Origin: a virus
Reading direction: 5' to 3' (one strand)
Virus record (IMG/VR): IMGVR_UViG_3300025151_000024
Coordinates: 17,435 to 81,434 of that record
Length of the DNA stretch: 64,000 nt
Positions within the stretch are counted from its first letter, which is position 1; each line of letters opens with the position of its first letter. A model generated the notes under the pieces. The model did not search any database. It was not told where the DNA came from and saw only the letters and a list, made by a program, of their open reading frames with translations. Shown here in pieces: positions 30,543 to 39,122 of the stretch. The position numbers were made by a program, and so were the translations under genes.

Positions 30543-32534
30543 TCATGAATGTAACAATGTATCCTTCGCAATAACGTGCATAGACTTAGGCATAATACGC
30601 ATCATAGAGCGTAGCGGCCCTTTGTCTTCAGGTATAGGGAGAGGCGCTTCAGTAATGTAGTAATCATCTATTACGATATCTAGAGATTCTCTTGTAGCAC
30701 CAGTTCCTTGTTTTGTAAATGAGAGGCGTATCATATCTGCATCGGTTGTGTCGCTGGTATCGTCATCAAAATTATCTATAGAACGGCGCATTTTGTGGTA
30801 AAATACGGGGTCATCTACGATTATTTCCATTTCTAAATCGTATTCTGTCTTACCTTCAACCGCTAAAGATGCATTTCTTGTACCAGCGAAAGGAACTTGG
30901 TCGGTCTCTGCATCTGCTACGTTTGCTCCATTTATCGTGTAGTATTGCTGTACACCAGTTGAACCATTTAGTGTAAAACTGACTACTTGACCAACTTGTA
31001 CACCGGCAACTTGTATTGTACCATTGTAGAACATAAACGGCTTTTGTGTGCGCTTTGCCACCCCAGCCTCTTTTCTCTTTTGCTCTGTATTGGCTGTGTC
31101 TTCAAACAGGCGATGAGTGTCATATCGGTCACCCTTTGTGGTCTCTAACCGACCTGTATCTGTATAAACTAAGGTAGAATCAAAATCTACACTCAATCTT
31201 AAGGCAGCATCAGTATCGGCAACTAAGGAGAAATTTTTGACTTTACAGCCCCTAAATACACGAGTAAGTTGCTTTGAATCGGATGCTCCTCCGTCAAATG
31301 AACCCTCATCACTATCAGCATCAGTTCTTCTTACACTAACTTCCATTGCGAAAGAAGGAACTGTAGTTCTTGAAAACAGCAATCTTTCGACTGGATTTGT
31401 TAGGTTTCCGGTAGATGTATCCATGTGTGGTGTTCCACGAGTTGAATCACTTTCAAATCTCATAAATTTCATGGCGGTATTATCTGCATGAGAAAAATTG
31501 AATGGGTCGTCAACCCAAATCCTACCACTTCCGCTGCTATCAGAAATAGCCACTACTCTTCTAATCTCTTGCTTTATCGCCCTACTAAGTATAGAATTAG
31601 CACCATTAGTAGGCCATGTACCGTCACTTTGAGTTTCTCTGTTTACCTTAATGTCCGTTGTGGTAGCATCATTAATGACTACATAATCACCAACGTCAAT
31701 ATCTACACTGTTTATTGCCGGTGCAGCAGAACCACCGTCATATGTAAAAGAAGAATCTCCAGCAGAGATAATGCCATTTGTTAGGAAGGTTGCACCACCT
31801 GTATTACCTAATGTGTCGCCAGTAGCATAAGTTACCTCGTGCCCAAGGCAGTAGTATAGCCATCTAGCGTTATGGATATTACACTCAAAAGAGCCATTTG
31901 TGTTGAGGAAACGACCCGGCACTTGGACCGCAACATCTCTTCCTAGACCAACGACATGAAATCGCTTCAAATCTACTTTAGTTTCAGGCAAAGTTACGGT
32001 ATTCACCAAACCTACAAATTGGTCTGTAAGAACTCTTTCTTTACTTAGTAAAGCGTTATTTCCATCAGAAGTCATGGTCGCATCCATAGAGGGTGTGGCG
32101 AAAGGAAGAATTCGCATTACTTCGGCTGCTAAAGAAGAATCTATGTCACTTGAACTATGGTCGGTTCTCAAAGCGGGAGTAATTGTTAATTCTGTTACAT
32201 CTGAAGCGGTTACAGCGTGTTTTACTATGGTAAAAGTTCGACCTGCTTTGGCATAATCGTCATTTATATCGAAATTACCTCCTGCTAAATTAGTAAAAAT
32301 AACCCTAGAACCTACTAGCATACCTACTGGATAATGAAGAAGCCCAGCATGAACTGGAGTATCATCAGCCCCTCCACTAAAAGTAATCACACTAGTATCC
32401 TTGACTAAATCTCTAGCACCACTTTTAGCAGTGAATTTGAAAGAGCCAGCATAACCATGTGGCAAATCCATACCACTTTCATGTCCGAAAGTGACTTCTG
32501 TAAGGTCTCCCTTGTACACAGTTGACGGCGGCAT
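30543..32534 (-). CDS. Major tail tube protein with insertion domains
   Basis: Follows tail terminator; PSFAMEV...RVFRGCKVKNFSL, FMFYNGTI, VVSFTL, YDLEMEI, YYITEAPLP resemble tail-tube strands. Confidence 0.7.
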   Translation of the reverse strand: MPPSTVYKGDLTEVTFGHESGMDLPHGYAGSFKFTAKSGARDLVKDTSVITFSGGADDTPVHAGLLHYPVGMLVGSRVIFTNLAGGNFDINDDYAKAGRTFTIVKHAVTASDVTELTITPALRTDHSSSDIDSSLAAEVMRILPFATPSMDATMTSDGNNALLSKERVLTDQFVGLVNTVTLPETKVDLKRFHVVGLGRDVAVQVPGRFLNTNGSFECNIHNARWLYYCLGHEVTYATGDTLGNTGGATFLTNGIISAGDSSFTYDGGSAAPAINSVDIDVGDYVVINDATTTDIKVNRETQSDGTWPTNGANSILSRAIKQEIRRVVAISDSSGSGRIWVDDPFNFSHADNTAMKFMRFESDSTRGTPHMDTSTGNLTNPVERLLFSRTTVPSFAMEVSVRRTDADSDEGSFDGGASDSKQLTRVFRGCKVKNFSLVADTDAALRLSVDFDSTLVYTDTGRLETTKGDRYDTHRLFEDTANTEQKRKEAGVAKRTQKPFMFYNGTIQVAGVQVGQVVSFTLNGSTGVQQYYTINGANVADAETDQVPFAGTRNASLAVEGKTEYDLEMEIIVDDPVFYHKMRRSIDNFDDDTSDTTDADMIRLSFTKQGTGATRESLDIVIDDYYITEAPLPIPEDKGPLRSMMRIMPKSMHVIAKDTLLHS

Positions 32535-32548
32535 GGTTCTCTCTCACC

Positions 32549-32998
32549 TCATGGGATTAGTTCTGCAAAGATAACTACTTCGACTTGGAACGTGGTTCTG
32601 AATAGAAATTTAGTTCTATCAGACAAGTCGGTACGAGTTTTGTAAACCAACCTATCCATATTCACACCATCACCTTTTCTCTTGAGGTGTATTATTCTTC
32701 TGATTTCATTTTCCATCAGTTGCTGTTGTTTTCGACTCTTCATTGTTCTAGCATCTAATGTGATATTTATACGAGTTGTGACGAAATCGTACAATAATTC
32801 AGGAGTTTCTTCGTTGTGTGCAGTTTCAAACACCATAACGTAATCGTGCTTTTTCATATCAATACGCTTACCGCGCTCAGGACTTGTGTCAGCCATATCA
32901 ATAATAATCGGCTTGATGCCGTTAGTATTGCCTCTATTCCAGTTGTCTTGTAACAACTTGATGACTAAATCAATTCCTTCTAGGAACGTTGCGACCAC
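32549..32998 (-). CDS. Putative tail terminator / completion protein
   Basis: 149 aa immediately upstream of tube; alpha/beta pattern ending in FQVEVV. Confidence 0.55.
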   Translation of the reverse strand: MVATFLEGIDLVIKLLQDNWNRGNTNGIKPIIIDMADTSPERGKRIDMKKHDYVMVFETAHNEETPELLYDFVTTRINITLDARTMKSRKQQQLMENEIRRIIHLKRKGDGVNMDRLVYKTRTDLSDRTKFLFRTTFQVEVVIFAELIP

Positions 32999-33353
32999 TT
33001 CGCTCTACCTCCTTTAGATGATATCGAACATCAGGTACGATTACTCCGCCTCGATATTCTACGTGATTTCGATATAATTCAGGGCTTTCAGTAAGCATTC
33101 TCTTATCTACAAACCCATCAATAAGTTCAACATACTCTTCGTCTACTGGATTTCCAAAATTATCTTCTATTTCACCAGTAGGAGTCTCTCTAATTTGTGC
33201 AAGAGTCATCTCTTCTCTTTTGATTCGGTCTCTGTAATCGGGATTTTCTCGCTTAAACGCAGACTGTAAATCGTTTTGCATTTCTTTATCCTTAGCGAAT
33301 GCCTTTACGACTTGCTCAAGAAATATTTTAGTTTCAGCAGAAGGCTTACTCAA
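32970..33353 (-). CDS. Hypothetical neck-region protein
   Basis: Overlaps both neighbours; position in head-tail joining block. Confidence 0.45.
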   Translation of the reverse strand: MSKPSAETKIFLEQVVKAFAKDKEMQNDLQSAFKRENPDYRDRIKREEMTLAQIRETPTGEIEDNFGNPVDEEYVELIDGFVDKRMLTESPELYRNHVEYRGGVIVPDVRYHLKEVERSGRNVPRRN

Positions 33354-34917
33354 AGGCTACCACCTCAATATATCGGGGTAGCGTTGCATCAATATCTTGA
33401 CGATAAAGTTGAATTTTAGACGATAAATCCACATTTTGTGTGCCTTCAGGGATTAAAACACTTCTATCATCGTTCATTAATAAATCAATAGCAACCATTT
33501 TTGTACAAACATCTTCAATGGCTTTTTCTAGATATCTTTCACCGTAAATGTATGAAACTTTTACAGCGTTCCACTCAAAGAAAGGATAGGAATTGTTGAA
33601 GTAAATAATACCCATTTCGTTGTCAATCCACCAATCTCTTAGTCTTCCTTTATCCCCACTGGCACTTCCTCCTTGCAAATCAATAGCAAGACGATGCTGT
33701 TTTAATGAAGTACCAGCAGAGGCGAGGGTAGTTAGTGGTGTACCGCTAACATTTGTACACCCAGTAAAAGTTGTAGATGTTTTACCAGTGTATGCAAGAA
33801 CTTCATTTCCTACCATAATCAGACCAGCGTTCACGAACCCTTCAGTAGAAGCGACTGTGACAGTTGTGGAAACAACAGAAACACTGGTAGTAGTTTCTTC
33901 ATGAGTTTGAGATATTGTAATTGCAGAGGTATCTGTACACGCTATTGTGCTAGTTTCACCACCAACAGTATCCCTCATACTACTAATTTTGACAATACCA
34001 GTACCATAGTCAGCATTTGCAGTTGCTAAGAATTCATTGTGAACCGCAACATTAGATGTACTTCCCGGTAGGGTAAAAGCAGGAGCAAACTCAATTGCAT
34101 CTCTTGAAACACGGTCTTCTTTATTGATTAAATCAGCAAGAGCCTGTGCTGTTGAAACCTTATCAAAATCTGCTCTCCATGTAGAAGTAGTTGTACCAAC
34201 AGAAAGAGTAGCGTAACTTCCACCAGCACTCAGATAGACTGAATCGCCACTTAGAGCAGTGTAATCTGCAATTTCCACTCTTGCTTCAGCAGCGCCAATT
34301 TCACGATAGTCATCACCCTGCCACAATTCTATACGCAACATTTGTTGAATATTCCTGAATAATAGGGGGGTTGTACCCACATAATCGGTATAATATCGCC
34401 TTCTATACGGCTTATATGTGTCGAAATTGATATATTCGGCTGTAACTAGATTCGGTCTCCAAGAATTATGTGTGATGTTATCTATCCTATCTTGTGCCCT
34501 TTTAATCAGTTCTTCGACCTTACTTTTCTTGACTCCTCTTGTCCTTCCATTAGTAAAAGAGGCTTGATTCTGAACGTAAGTATTGTCAGCCGATTGATAA
34601 TCAGCGGCAGTTATACTTGAAGTGAAATTTAATTTTACACCATTTACAGATGTAGTAATAGATGTAATTGTGCGGTCAATCCCTAATGGGTCTGCGTCTG
34701 AATAAATTAGAATGGTATCTCCAACTGACCAACCACAGTTTCGATAATCCGACCCGGTGATATATACACCATCTGAATCACTATCTGCTGCAACTGCTAC
34801 TGCTTCTTGAGGTCCAATCTCAAGTAAGTCTGCTACCTTTTGAGCGGTTGTATAGACGATAGCATCAGGGTCTAAGGGGCGTGTTTCAGCCTCACCCGGA
34901 CTGAACACTTGTGGCAT
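33346..34917 (-). CDS. Head-tail adaptor with inserted beta domains
   Basis: YTTAQKVADLL N-terminus, VEELIKRAQDRID, VKVSYIYG...IEDVCTKMVA are adaptor-like; central insertions. Confidence 0.6.
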   Translation of the reverse strand: MPQVFSPGEAETRPLDPDAIVYTTAQKVADLLEIGPQEAVAVAADSDSDGVYITGSDYRNCGWSVGDTILIYSDADPLGIDRTITSITTSVNGVKLNFTSSITAADYQSADNTYVQNQASFTNGRTRGVKKSKVEELIKRAQDRIDNITHNSWRPNLVTAEYINFDTYKPYRRRYYTDYVGTTPLLFRNIQQMLRIELWQGDDYREIGAAEARVEIADYTALSGDSVYLSAGGSYATLSVGTTTSTWRADFDKVSTAQALADLINKEDRVSRDAIEFAPAFTLPGSTSNVAVHNEFLATANADYGTGIVKISSMRDTVGGETSTIACTDTSAITISQTHEETTTSVSVVSTTVTVASTEGFVNAGLIMVGNEVLAYTGKTSTTFTGCTNVSGTPLTTLASAGTSLKQHRLAIDLQGGSASGDKGRLRDWWIDNEMGIIYFNNSYPFFEWNAVKVSYIYGERYLEKAIEDVCTKMVAIDLLMNDDRSVLIPEGTQNVDLSSKIQLYRQDIDATLPRYIEVVAFE

Positions 34918-35216
34918 TACTCTCTAGCCTCCTCACTTCTCTCTGCTAAATTATATTCCATAGGCTTTTCACACGCACCGCAAGTTTCTCGGTACATGAA
35001 ATGCAAGAAGCCGCAGTAGCGACAACGAGTACCACATCCTATGTTTAGGATATCGCCAATGTTCTTATTTCGTTGTCGCTGCTGCGAAACCACTCCTGCT
35101 AGTGGTTTTTCCGTGTTGAAAACAGAACCCTCTCCGATAGATGACGACAAGCGAACATTCTGCTTTTGTGCCGTTTCTAAGTCATCTATCTCAAGTGTTC
35201 GGAGTTCAAATCCCAT
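34917..35216 (-). CDS. Zinc-ribbon protein
   Basis: CRYCG...CGAC; GAGGCGG RBS. Confidence 0.6.
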   Translation of the reverse strand: MGFELRTLEIDDLETAQKQNVRLSSSIGEGSVFNTEKPLAGVVSQQRQRNKNIGDILNIGCGTRCRYCGFLHFMYRETCGACEKPMEYNLAERSEEARE

Positions 35217-35235
35217 GTAGTGCCGCCTCCCCTCA

Positions 35236-35403
35236 TCAGGAAGTGTGCGTTACTACAATGAAAACATTACCCAAAACAACTACTGGTTCAGCACCGACTA
35301 GCGTTCCCGAAGGAAGAGCCGACGTTAAATCACTGTTGAGTGTGGTCAAGTCCGAGAATTCTTTCGGACTAAATGGACCAAGAACTGTAACGCCTCGTGC
35401 CAT
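35236..35403 (-). CDS. Small structural-block protein, 55 aa (not in ORF track)
   Basis: ATG after GGCGGTGA; MARGVTVLGPFSPKEFSDLTTLNSDLTSALPSGTLVGAEPVVVLGNVFIVVTHTS fills the gap in the operon. Confidence 0.7.
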   Translation of the reverse strand: MARGVTVLGPFSPKEFSDLTTLNSDLTSALPSGTLVGAEPVVVLGNVFIVVTHTS

Positions 35404-35417
35404 GCCTAATCACCGCC

Positions 35418-35699
35418 TCAGTTGCGGCGACCAAATGCATACCATGTGCCGTCTTGTCCTGCCACTGATTGCACTACTAGAGTGCTGCCGTTGATTAGGG
35501 CAAAAACCCCGTCAACACCAGCACCAGTACCAGCAGTACTACTTCCAGCGTTAGCACCACATCCGATGATTCCTGATAGATAGGCGGAAAGGTCAATGTT
35601 TCCTCCTGTATCAGAACCACCGTTAGTGAATGTGCCAGTCACCATAAGTAGGTCTCCTATGTAGTGCGGTCTTGTGTCAATTGTACTTGCAAATGCCAT
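35418..35699 (-). CDS. Putative head decoration / minor capsid protein
   Basis: Small Gly-rich beta protein downstream of the capsid gene. Confidence 0.45.
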   Translation of the reverse strand: MAFASTIDTRPHYIGDLLMVTGTFTNGGSDTGGNIDLSAYLSGIIGCGANAGSSTAGTGAGVDGVFALINGSTLVVQSVAGQDGTWYAFGRRN

Positions 35700-35705
35700 T
35701 TATTA

Positions 35706-36143
35706 TCACTCCGTAATTGTTTCAGTTGTTTCTTCGGTTGCTGTTTCTTCAACCACTGGCTCTTCGACTACAACCTCTTCCTCAACCACTGGGGGTTCAG
35801 GTACAGGCTCAGGCTCAGGTGCTGGTGGATTGATTACTTCATCAACCATAGTTAGTAGTGTTCCTTTTGTTCGATACGAACCGGATAGGTCAACACCGTT
35901 ATCGGTTAACCAAGTAACGATTTGACCCCTTCTCCATGAAGAATCAGGGATACCATCGTTGCCTTCGTCCACATGAGGTGCTTCATCCCCATCAAGGGTG
36001 AAGTAAGGAAGTACGAGGTATCGGCGGAATTCATCCACCCATTCCTGCGATACTTCCCGTACTTCACCACGAGAAAAGTCCGGCGTGTACGCATCGGGAC
36101 TCCTTCGGTAGAAGGAAGGACCGTTATATCGTACAGTCGGCAT
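35706..36143 (-). CDS. HeH/LEM-like domain protein with acidic Pro/Glu tail
   Basis: WRRGQIVTWLTDNGVDL...TKGTLLTMV helix-extension-helix; this type of gene is common after capsid genes. Confidence 0.55.
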   Translation of the reverse strand: MPTVRYNGPSFYRRSPDAYTPDFSRGEVREVSQEWVDEFRRYLVLPYFTLDGDEAPHVDEGNDGIPDSSWRRGQIVTWLTDNGVDLSGSYRTKGTLLTMVDEVINPPAPEPEPVPEPPVVEEEVVVEEPVVEETATEETTETITE

Positions 36144-36154
36144 AGGTAGTCACC

Positions 36155-36550
36155 TCAGTTGTACATTACCAATACGTTGGTAGTGTTTGCTGAACCACTT
36201 AGGTACTGTAGTGTGATGGTAAGGCTACTTACACTCGCACCAACGGATACTGCTGCTGTTCCTGAGTCAGTTGTGAAAACTGAAAGGATGCTGCTGATTC
36301 CGCCAGCCAAAATGATAGTCTCACCGTCTGCACCGCCTGTTACACTGATTAACGCCATTTTTGGCGCTGCATCATATCCGTTTGCTCCATCGCTGTTAGA
36401 AGCGTTGAATGTACCCGGACCACCGCCCGGATAAGATACGTCTGCTGCTCCGTCTAACCATTCAGTGGTGTCGTGAGAACCCGCTCGGAGTTCCCATGCA
36501 CCGACTAATGTTGCTGTTGCTGTTCCGCTTAATGTTAATTCACTTGCCAT
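36155..36550 (-). CDS. Putative capsid decoration protein
   Basis: Directly after capsid gene, strong GAGGTGA RBS, Gly/Ala/Ser/Thr beta composition. Confidence 0.5.
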   Translation of the reverse strand: MASELTLSGTATATLVGAWELRAGSHDTTEWLDGAADVSYPGGGPGTFNASNSDGANGYDAAPKMALISVTGGADGETIILAGGISSILSVFTTDSGTAAVSVGASVSSLTITLQYLSGSANTTNVLVMYN

Positions 36551-36561
36551 ACTTAATCACC

Positions 36562-37692
36562 TCACTGCAAATCCCTGACGCTTCCATGCGCCCCAAAGAA
36601 CGTTGTCCAAATCTCACCCATAGTTCGGTATAGACCTTCCTGACCGAGACGGTTGATGGCGAATGGGTCACCAGTTTCAATTCCACTCTCGTAATACTGG
36701 GTTGGGATTGCTGTACTGAAATATACATAATCTGTGTCTAGGAAATACATCCTGCTGATTCCGTCCTTGACTACATCCTTGGATGGAATGATTGGAACTC
36801 CGTTGTAGGTTGCTACAATGAATCCAGCCTCGATACCGGGTACACCCTTTACACCGTTGTAGGTTGGGGTGACTCTCTTTTCTTCCATAAAGCGCTGTTG
36901 GCTTTGTAGGAGTTGCTGAAGGCGCATTAGAGTGTCATATCCAGTTAGGATGACCTTCGGGTTGCCTCCTCGCTCCCATATGTTTTGGAACAAAGTGTCA
37001 AGTTGGTCAAGACTTAGATTTCTGTTGTTGCTTGAAGCATCTGCGTTGTCTTCAGCGAAAGCCCAAGTGTTAGCACTTCGGTCAATCGAGTAGATATCTT
37101 CGTCACCAGCATCGTAGTGAGTACCGGAAGCCATCTGATTGTTTCCAACAGTGATTCTGTCTAGAGACTCAAAGTTGTTACCTGCAACAGTTGATGCATC
37201 GGTTAGAAGCATCTTGTTGACCATCTCAGCGTGGTGCTTACCCATTTCTTCCTTCATGACTGAGCGGATGTCGCCTAGTCCGTCATCCTTGTCAGCAAGG
37301 AAAATTGCTGTCTCAGACATATCGAAGGTGTGAGCGATGGTCTTCGGTTTTGCTGCTACGTGCTGGAAAGTTGGCTTTACAGTCTCAGGTAGTGTTGCGT
37401 TTTCTGCAACTCCACCGTGAAGTGCGCCACCGTTTGGCTTTCCAGTAATAACTCTCCAACCGGACCTGTCCCAAGGCCTCTTTGGTAGAATGCTGAATGC
37501 GTTGAACTCTTGGTTCAACTGCGACCATACCTTGCGTCCGTAGATTGCTTGGTATGTTCCAGCGGTTGTGGATAGCATCGGGCTGTCAGCCTTCAGCAAC
37601 TCGCTACCGGAGTAGGAGTATCCCATTGCGTTCCCAGCGCCATAGTAATAGCGCTCCATGTCAGTTATTGTGCGTACGTAATCTCTTGCCAT
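36562..37692 (-). CDS. Major capsid protein (HK97 fold)
   Basis: Follows protease; GVAENATLPE, ATYNGVPIIPS, MYFLD are HK97-type capsid features; 376 aa; strong RBS. Confidence 0.9.
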   Translation of the reverse strand: MARDYVRTITDMERYYYGAGNAMGYSYSGSELLKADSPMLSTTAGTYQAIYGRKVWSQLNQEFNAFSILPKRPWDRSGWRVITGKPNGGALHGGVAENATLPETVKPTFQHVAAKPKTIAHTFDMSETAIFLADKDDGLGDIRSVMKEEMGKHHAEMVNKMLLTDASTVAGNNFESLDRITVGNNQMASGTHYDAGDEDIYSIDRSANTWAFAEDNADASSNNRNLSLDQLDTLFQNIWERGGNPKVILTGYDTLMRLQQLLQSQQRFMEEKRVTPTYNGVKGVPGIEAGFIVATYNGVPIIPSKDVVKDGISRMYFLDTDYVYFSTAIPTQYYESGIETGDPFAINRLGQEGLYRTMGEIWTTFFGAHGSVRDLQ

Positions 37693-37710
37693 TCATAATC
37701 ACCTTCCTAT

Positions 37711-39081
37711 TCAGACACTCCTAAATGCGCTGTTTGCGAGGTTATGTACCTCATCCCAAGACATATTCCCAAGGTCTTCAGTGGATGGAACGTCAATTGC
37801 TGGAACGGAGGTCTCGCTCTTTGCGATTGTTGTTCCACTCTCAGCAGGAGCAGTTAGACTATCAATTCGCTCTCCTAGAGCGCCGATAGCCTTTGAAATC
37901 TCATCTAGAGGTCCACGAGCATCAAACTCAAGAACTTCATTCTTGGTGATTTCTGCTTGTCTCTCTGTAGCATATCGGTCTGCGAATTGTGCTTCTAGAG
38001 AGGAGCGTAGTTCAGTCTCAGCCATTGCAGCCTTGTAGACTTCGTATGCAGCCTCTACATCAGCAGTGCCTACCATGTCAGGAGTTAGGAAATCGCCCTT
38101 CTCCACTTTTCCGCTGCCGGTAGTCTTACCGAGAGCATTAGTGGATGGCTTTCCGCCTTCCTGAGCACGACCCTTTACCTGTCCGGCAAAGTAGTCAGCA
38201 CCGTCACCGATTGCTTCAGGGGTTGAACCAAGGTTTGCCTTTTCTAGACCATCGAAGTGTGCTCTTGCACCCTCAATGTCTACTCCAGCAGACTTTAGAG
38301 TTCCTTCCATCCAGTCGAGGTACTCAGATGTTATTACATCCGAATACTCGTCTGACTTCTTGGACTCATCCTTGGACTCAGCCTCAGCATCGTCTTTCTT
38401 ATCCTCGTCTTTGCCTTTCTTGTCATCTATGGCCTCTTTCAAAGCAGGAGGCATTTCGCCCTTCTCCATAGCGTCAAGGCGACCTTCAAGACGGGATAAC
38501 ACGTCAGTCATCTGTGTCATCATATCATTTTCGTCAGTCATTTTACTTACTTCCTTGTTTTCTATATCGTGTTTTAGTATGCGAAAAGTGGCTTCAGGAT
38601 TGATGCCACGCTCACAAATCGTGATTTCATGCAGTTCCAGTTTGCTGATTTCTTGGTAATCACCATGCTCAGCATCGGACTTTCGGACACGCTTGAAAGC
38701 CTGACCTCCAATACTAAAACCACGAAGAGACCCCTTACGAATTTCTGCGGCGACTTCTTTCGCCTTTTCTATATCATCACGAAGTGCAACTACAACGAAC
38801 ATTCCGACATCATCTACTTCGGACTTCCATAGTCTTCCTTCACTGTCGGTGTAAGAAGGGATAACTTCACCGACTTGGATATTTGAGTGTGCTAGTTGGA
38901 CGTTTCTGTATTTTTCATCGCCCATGTATTTTGCAAAAGCGTCTTTCAAAGCATCTTTAGTGATTTTGTCACCTTGCTTGTCAACGACTTCTACGCTTGC
39001 ATAACCCGCTACAACGAGGTCTCCACCCTTCAATAGATGGATAGACTTCTCACCCGAACTTCTAAGCGGGGCTGAAAGCAT
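37711..39081 (-). CDS. Prohead serine protease fused to C-terminal scaffold
   Basis: VAGYASVEVVDKQGD, H, G.LRGFSIGG, LHEITI...GINPEA; acidic coiled-coil C-terminal half. Confidence 0.9.
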   Translation of the reverse strand: MLSAPLRSSGEKSIHLLKGGDLVVAGYASVEVVDKQGDKITKDALKDAFAKYMGDEKYRNVQLAHSNIQVGEVIPSYTDSEGRLWKSEVDDVGMFVVVALRDDIEKAKEVAAEIRKGSLRGFSIGGQAFKRVRKSDAEHGDYQEISKLELHEITICERGINPEATFRILKHDIENKEVSKMTDENDMMTQMTDVLSRLEGRLDAMEKGEMPPALKEAIDDKKGKDEDKKDDAEAESKDESKKSDEYSDVITSEYLDWMEGTLKSAGVDIEGARAHFDGLEKANLGSTPEAIGDGADYFAGQVKGRAQEGGKPSTNALGKTTGSGKVEKGDFLTPDMVGTADVEAAYEVYKAAMAETELRSSLEAQFADRYATERQAEITKNEVLEFDARGPLDEISKAIGALGERIDSLTAPAESGTTIAKSETSVPAIDVPSTEDLGNMSWDEVHNLANSAFRSV

Positions 39082-39105
39082 AATTAAAACAACTTTAATT
39101 CTTAC

Positions 39106-39113
39106 TATTTATA
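39106..39113 (-). promoter_or_regulatory. TATA box of the head operon (probably a leaderless transcript)
   Basis: Minus-strand TATAAATA about 25 nt upstream of the protease ATG; no RBS in between. Confidence 0.55.
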
Positions 39114-39122
39114 TGCAACGGA

